The notes under the pieces are model-generated. The model had not been told where the DNA came from and made no database searches. It worked only from the letters and a program-made list of their open reading frames with translations. A stretch of 57,409 nucleotides of DNA, counting the filler, from Platydemus manokwari (taxonomy: Eukaryota): the NCBI GenBank assembly GCA_037951405.1. It is 5 parts of 5 records of this genome, joined end to end, with 100 filler letters (N's around TTAATTAATTAA, not from the genome) between each part and the next. Parts side by side here need not be neighbours in the genome. Positions count along the whole stretch, not along the records: positions 48,613 to 57,409 come from JBBMOY011348427.1; 4 more parts are not named here. The stretch is one strand, 5' to 3'. The position numbers were made by a program, and so were the translations under genes. Shown in pieces: positions 51,601 through 57,409 of this stretch (the first letter of the stretch is position 1; every line of letters starts with the position of its first letter).

Positions 51601-53774
51601 AGGTATCATGTCATCCTAAACATGATCGAAATAGTTTCGCGATACTGTATCACGGAAATTATCATAGAATTATTCCTAATCACAATCCTCTTCCATTTAA
51701 AAACATCATATTTATTCCAATTTCTAAAATGGAGCTTATTCTATAATAATATTTATGAAAACTTTAATTGTAAAGAATGTATGTGTGGAAATCATTTAAG
51801 ATATTTATTGTCTTTCATAATATATTTAAAATTTTTGCGATTTATTCACATATATTTGGATTCCACTTTTTGGAAATGGTGATTTTTAAATCGTAATATT
51901 CAATCAAATATTGTAAATTGATCACAATTTTAATGTGTATATGTATAATATCAAACAGATCAAATACTAAAAATATGATTTGTAAAATATTACTATCATA
52001 ACAAAAGACTTACATAACAAACGTAAACAAAACGAAATGATTAAACAGTACAGCTTACCATTTTATTAATGTGAAATTATTAAAATTATTCAACCCTAAA
52101 AGAAATCAAAACAATGAATTTAATTGCAATTTTTTGAGAAAGTATTTACTATATGATATTATTTCAAAACCAACCTATTAAAAACTATTATTAACGATTT
52201 TGAAATGTTATCCAAATAACTGTTTGTTGACATTTTATACAAGGTGTTTACTCTGTTATAAAAGCTAATGTTGATCTAGAATAATCTAACAAATCCAGTA
52301 TTAATAATATCATTTAGCAAATACAAGAAAACCCCTGAATAAAGAGCAATAACTTTCTAAATCTACATCCTAAAACTGCTATTTAGACGATGAATTTACT
52401 TTCAAGTACTGATATTTGTTCCGCATAAATATAACAATACTAGATTGTTAATTTAACGCTTATAAACTAATATCACAAATAATTATTGTCTCAACCATTT
52501 CAATACGTTTGAAATTTTTATCTGAAGTATTAATTTTATCTAAAATACTGACGTGAATTAATCTAATAAAACTAACATCTTGTTGAATTTACCAGCAAAG
52601 CATTAGACTATTTGACATTTTTTTAATCTGTAATATATTAATTTCACTTCGTAATTGTAGATCTGCACAGATTTGAGAAAAACCCAAATGAAAAAATGAT
52701 TGAAGATTGAAATTGTCATTTTTCCATGAACTTCAACAACTTAAATATTGTTTACATATATAATAGTCTCATATTTTCCAAATAATTATTTAAATAAGCA
52801 AACAAATCGAATAAACAAGAAATATGAAAAATTTGAGAAACGAAATCACAAAAACACAGTGAAGACACACATTGAAATATTATCATTATTCATTCATATA
52901 ATAATAATAGAAACGAAGCTCAAAACAATTATTGAGAAATATATACAACGTTCAATTGCCATGGTTTTATTTACATAACTGTTATGCTAAATTGTTTTGC
53001 AAAACAATGGAATTTCAAAATTTCAGAACGAAAAATTAAAATTTATTATAGAAAACTAAATATATAGTAAAACCTGGAATTAAAAAAAAATCATTTCTAT
53101 ATTCATCAAAGAAACAGTATATTAAATTGTTTCATCAATATCGGACAACTTTTTATCGTTATAATAATAGTATGCCAAGGCTACTCTAATATCAACCAAA
53201 TTAAGTGTCAACTCAAACCTGTTTTTTTCGTAAAAATATATATATTATCTTAAAATATCAACAGCATATTTTAATATACACTAATTTTACTTGCACCGAT
53301 TAAATTATAAATTCATACAGAAAAAATAATCAAACTAACAAAAATAAAGTCTTATTAGATTTAAATATAAAAATTCCAATCCATTAAACATTTAGTATCC
53401 CTCAAATATTATTATACTTTATTATCAATACACTCGCGGCACTTGCCACAAGCAATTAACACACCCATATGCGTAGATTGTTGCTTATTTGACGCCAACA
53501 CAAACAAGAACGAACATCAAATATCAATTAATGGAGAAATATTTGTGGCATTTTTTTAATTAAATTTCTTTTACCATGCAGACCATTCGAAAGACAAATT
53601 CATTAACATATCCAATAAAACTTTGCCCAAAGAAGAAATAAGAAAATAATAAATCAAAACTAATTTGAATCGTAATCAGTAAAGATTGAACAAAGAACAG
53701 GGCTCGAGAAAATGTAATTAATTGTAACTGTTGTTAAGCAAAAAACAGTTAAATACAAAATACTCAATATACGT

Positions 53775-53957
53775 TTAATATTGGCAACATTTCGATCCAT
53801 ACGAACCATTCCGAGGAACATTTGATGAAAGTTTTTGAGCACCATAAGACCGAGATTCATTATCAGAAGGGCATTTCTTCAGGATAGCCATAGTCAATTC
53901 TTCGAAAGCTGTATTTATATTTACACTTGTTTTCGCACTTGTTTCGATATACCTTAT
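53775..53957 (-). CDS. Terminal exon of a Rab GTPase (Rab8/10/13-like)
   Basis: Acceptor cttcattttcAG, then IRYIETSAKTSVNINTAFEELTMAILKKCPSDNESRSYGAQKLSSNVPRNGSYGSKCCQY*. This has the G5 box ETSAK, helix 5, a hypervariable tail and a CCXX prenylation signal. Upstream exons were not found in the window. Confidence 0.88.
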   Translation of the reverse strand: MRYIETSAKTSVNINTAFEELTMAILKKCPSDNESRSYGAQKLSSNVPRNGSYGSKCCQY

Positions 53958-56900
53958 CTGAAAATGAAGGGGAAAAAGTTAAAAATTAATTTATATAATC
54001 CCACAGCCGTTTTAAGCATTAAAACTGTGGGTAAATATCATTTGGTATGTATTTGGTACACAATACAATTTTCAATCATGGGCATAACAAAATGATTCCA
54101 TACAATGGTGTGTTATAACTCCACCAGAGCCAATACAATCACTTTCATTACATTAATTATAAACCTAATCTGAGATAAAACTACAGCCAAAATAAGATTC
54201 TTAGTGAATTGAAAATTGTCCAAAAATAACTTTCTGGTATCTCGTATATGGTGAAAGCAGTGATTAACGAATTTATTATTCATGTTTCTCGATTGTATTA
54301 ACTTTGATAGAAAATAAAAAAACTATTTGATCAAGTCCAAATAATAACTAAAATTTTCTTGACATAAATTCCTTAACTCCAAAAGTTGGAAATAATATAT
54401 ATATCTTATATAACAATACATTTTATATATTCTACATAAAACTTGAGATTTATTAATAAATCGAACAATGATTATATATACGTGACAACTATAATGTTGT
54501 ACTTTAAGCCAATAGAAACGAACGATAGATATATTATAGGTATAACATAGCCCCGATTAGATATACCATTGCAATAAACCAAAGAGTAATTTCAATAATT
54601 ATCTTACAAAAATACTTGAAAATTTTAAGTGGTTTTCTAAAATTATATTAATATCAATCCAGCTCATAAAATATTTCGTAAATTCATTTCCGATATTTAA
54701 TATAAACTCATTTATTATATTAAAATTGTTTGTTTAATAAAAAACAAAATTGATATCCACACAACATTATTAATGAAAAAATCAACTTGAGACTTGAATG
54801 AAATCATATAAAGGACATAGAAAATTCCTTGATTTTAACTTAAATATAAACTGTTGATAAAGCGACGCAATAAAAATCACCTGTTAACATATTTTATCAC
54901 AAACATTCAATGGTAAATCCGGATATTTTTATGTTACAAATATATTTATCGATAACTAAATCATAATTTGAAGTCTAAATTACAAATTAACTTCATGGAT
55001 TTTTCAAACTTTTTGTGCTTAATTTATACAAAACAACGAATTCGTCTAACAAGCTATAATATGCAAAGATTGAAGTTAAAGGGCAATTCAACCAATATAA
55101 AAAAATAAATAACAATGTTTTATAAGGTTGCAGATGTGTAAATAACGAAGTTCGGATAACATATTTCTGAGATGAAAATTCTTCAATTTTCAAATCCATA
55201 AACAATTTCCTTCATTCATTTATGTTCAAAAACAATTGTTAAACTGCTAAATTATATTGTGATATGAAATGACAGATAGAATATGTTTTTCATGTTTAAT
55301 TAGCAATAGTCTCAATCAACTTCGATATGGTGTTAATTGCGCAATATCATGACTAATTTAGAGCAAAATAACCTTTGTGAAGCAATTAGATTCGTTATAA
55401 TAATGAAATAATTCACTTTATTTGCTGTTTATATATTATTTAATATGTCATTTAATTACAATCCGTCAGTTATTTTGTTGCTATAAATTTCATTTGAATA
55501 CCGATTTCAGAGACATCGTTACTTTAAACAAAATCATAATCGATTAATATTCTTCAGAAGAAATCAAAAATTATCAATACTAGAACATTAATAATAATTT
55601 TATTATTAAAATTGAAAAAATATTACACGTATTCGTTATAAATATGAAATGAGTGAACTGAACAGTTCCGTTATGTTTACACTAAATCATTGAAAATAGC
55701 CGATACAATTGTAAATACAAACATCAATTATTATTCGATAATTGAATGTTGAAAAGAATTAACAATTTATATTTTTAATAATCTTGAACTTTTAACACGA
55801 ATGATTTCATTGAATGAATTGATAATTGTTTTTACAAGTGTAATTTTACAATCAAAATTGCGAACACAAATAATGTATAAAAATAGATAATTTTCTAACT
55901 TAAAAAACAAAATAATAAAAAAATTCATTTATTAAATAATAAAAGCACTGATTAAAAAATGATGATTCTTCAAAAAAATAAAATAATATTGACAAAATAA
56001 TATGAAAAACAAATACAATAAATCATGACATAATTCTTGGGAAGTTTTTTAATAAATACATATAGTAAAAAATCATTAAATAAAGGCCATAATGATAAGA
56101 AATACTTTATTAAATAAGATATCCATAAATATGTCGGATTACACAGATTTGTTACGTAATTTTTAAATGGATTATTATTAATTCAATAGTGATTATTATT
56201 TGTGTATATTGGTTATTAATTTATACAAACGATTCAGTTCACAGAAAAAAGCTATTTCATTATTTATTGTGTAATCAAATGCACCTTTATAAATTATTTT
56301 TATTTCAAATTCATGACTTACTAACAAAGATAATCTCTGTTTAGCTTCTCACTTTTTCTATGTAATATCTTTTCGATAATTAGTAAATTCGTAAAAATGT
56401 CGCTATTTTGATAGATATATCTACATGTCATAAATTTTTAAGATTCATATGATAATTACATCCTTTCCCGGAAGAAATATTGTTATTTATTTATGAATTA
56501 TTTGATGAGAATACTTCAATATTTATGTTTGAATTGAATATGGATTGCAATAATGCAAATACAATGAATATTAACCTCATAATTTATAACATTCACAATA
56601 ACAATCATATATTTTAATTAATTATCTAAAATAAAAATGATATACAACATGAAAGTTCAAAATCAATTAAAATATGAAAGGTAGAATCTATAAAATATCG
56701 GAAAACAAAAGCTTCCATGTGATATGGGAAACTCAGAGATTACTGGCAAAAAATGTGATAGACAATATTTATCATTTATTTATTAATACAGTAATGTTAT
56801 TTTTCATAAATAATATCAAAAAATCGCTAATTAATATCGAAAAGGAAACCGTTCAAATAATAAATTAATAACTATTCATCGAATACAGATAATTTGGACT

Positions 56901-57049
56901 TTATATTCACAACGGTTCAAATAGTTAAATAATCAATTCAGATTCACAATTGACCAATTTCAAATAAAAATTAATAAAATCCAGCAAGTTTCAAATGAGA
57001 AAATCAAAAAATCAATTGATAATTGAAATTAATTCAAAACAAATAATCA

Positions 57050-57390
57050 AAAAATCGATAAAAATTTACAAATAATTGATAGATTTAAAACGCGTTCAAT
57101 ACGAGATACGTAAATTATTTGAATTTTAAAAATGAAAAAAAAATCGATCGATTTAATCAATTAATTTAATCGATAAATTTTAAATAAGACATATCTAATG
57201 TAAATTGAGTCGATATTTATTTCAAAGTGATTAATTAATGTAAGCCAATAATTAAATGAATAAATCAAAATTTGGACATTAATTTGCAAAAATGATTAAT
57301 ATAATCAATAAATCCATAATTAGAATTTCGAAAAAATTAATAATCTCATGGATCGATTAGCTTATTTAGCTAATCAAGAAAAATCGATAT
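57050..57390. promoter_or_regulatory. Cluster of ATCGAT (DRE-like) palindromes, possible promoter region
   Basis: Six ATCGAT hexamers in about 340 bp, including the palindrome AAATCGATCGATTT at 57141-57154. Confidence 0.3.
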
Positions 57391-57409
57391 TTCATATCAA
57401 TAAACGTAA

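Noticed and set aside
53660-53860. 66-aa minus-strand ORF
   Set aside because: It is an alternative frame overlapping the Rab exon and its 3' UTR.

Overview
Very AT-rich eukaryotic (animal) genomic DNA with many 42-55 nt introns. The gene and transposon content suggests a flatworm such as a triclad planarian (inference only). The window is five contigs joined by identical artificial 100-bp spacers (44 N + TTAATTAATTAA + 44 N), so synteny across the gaps is not guaranteed. Host genes: a complete 3-exon TRMT5 (+), 25 coding exons of myosin VIIa (-, C-terminal FERM exons missing), the last exon of a JADE-family gene (-), the last exon of a Rab GTPase (-, absent from the ORF track), and a disrupted CWH43/PGAP2IP-like membrane-protein locus (-). 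Mobile DNA: a decayed NeSL/R5-type non-LTR retrotransposon (Ulp1-like protease, RT, CCHC, RLE), a second RLE-LINE 3' end, a probable solo LTR, an internally deleted Chapaev3-type element, a mariner-type terminus, and an unclassified ~330-bp repeat in four copies. The most unusual item is a ~94-nt U6-like unit, antisense in a myosin VIIa intron. It keeps the U6 catalytic core with structure-preserving changes and has a TATA-like box and T5 end, but its flanks are rewritten and its ACAGAGA box is altered. The nearby introns have very degenerate splice sites.
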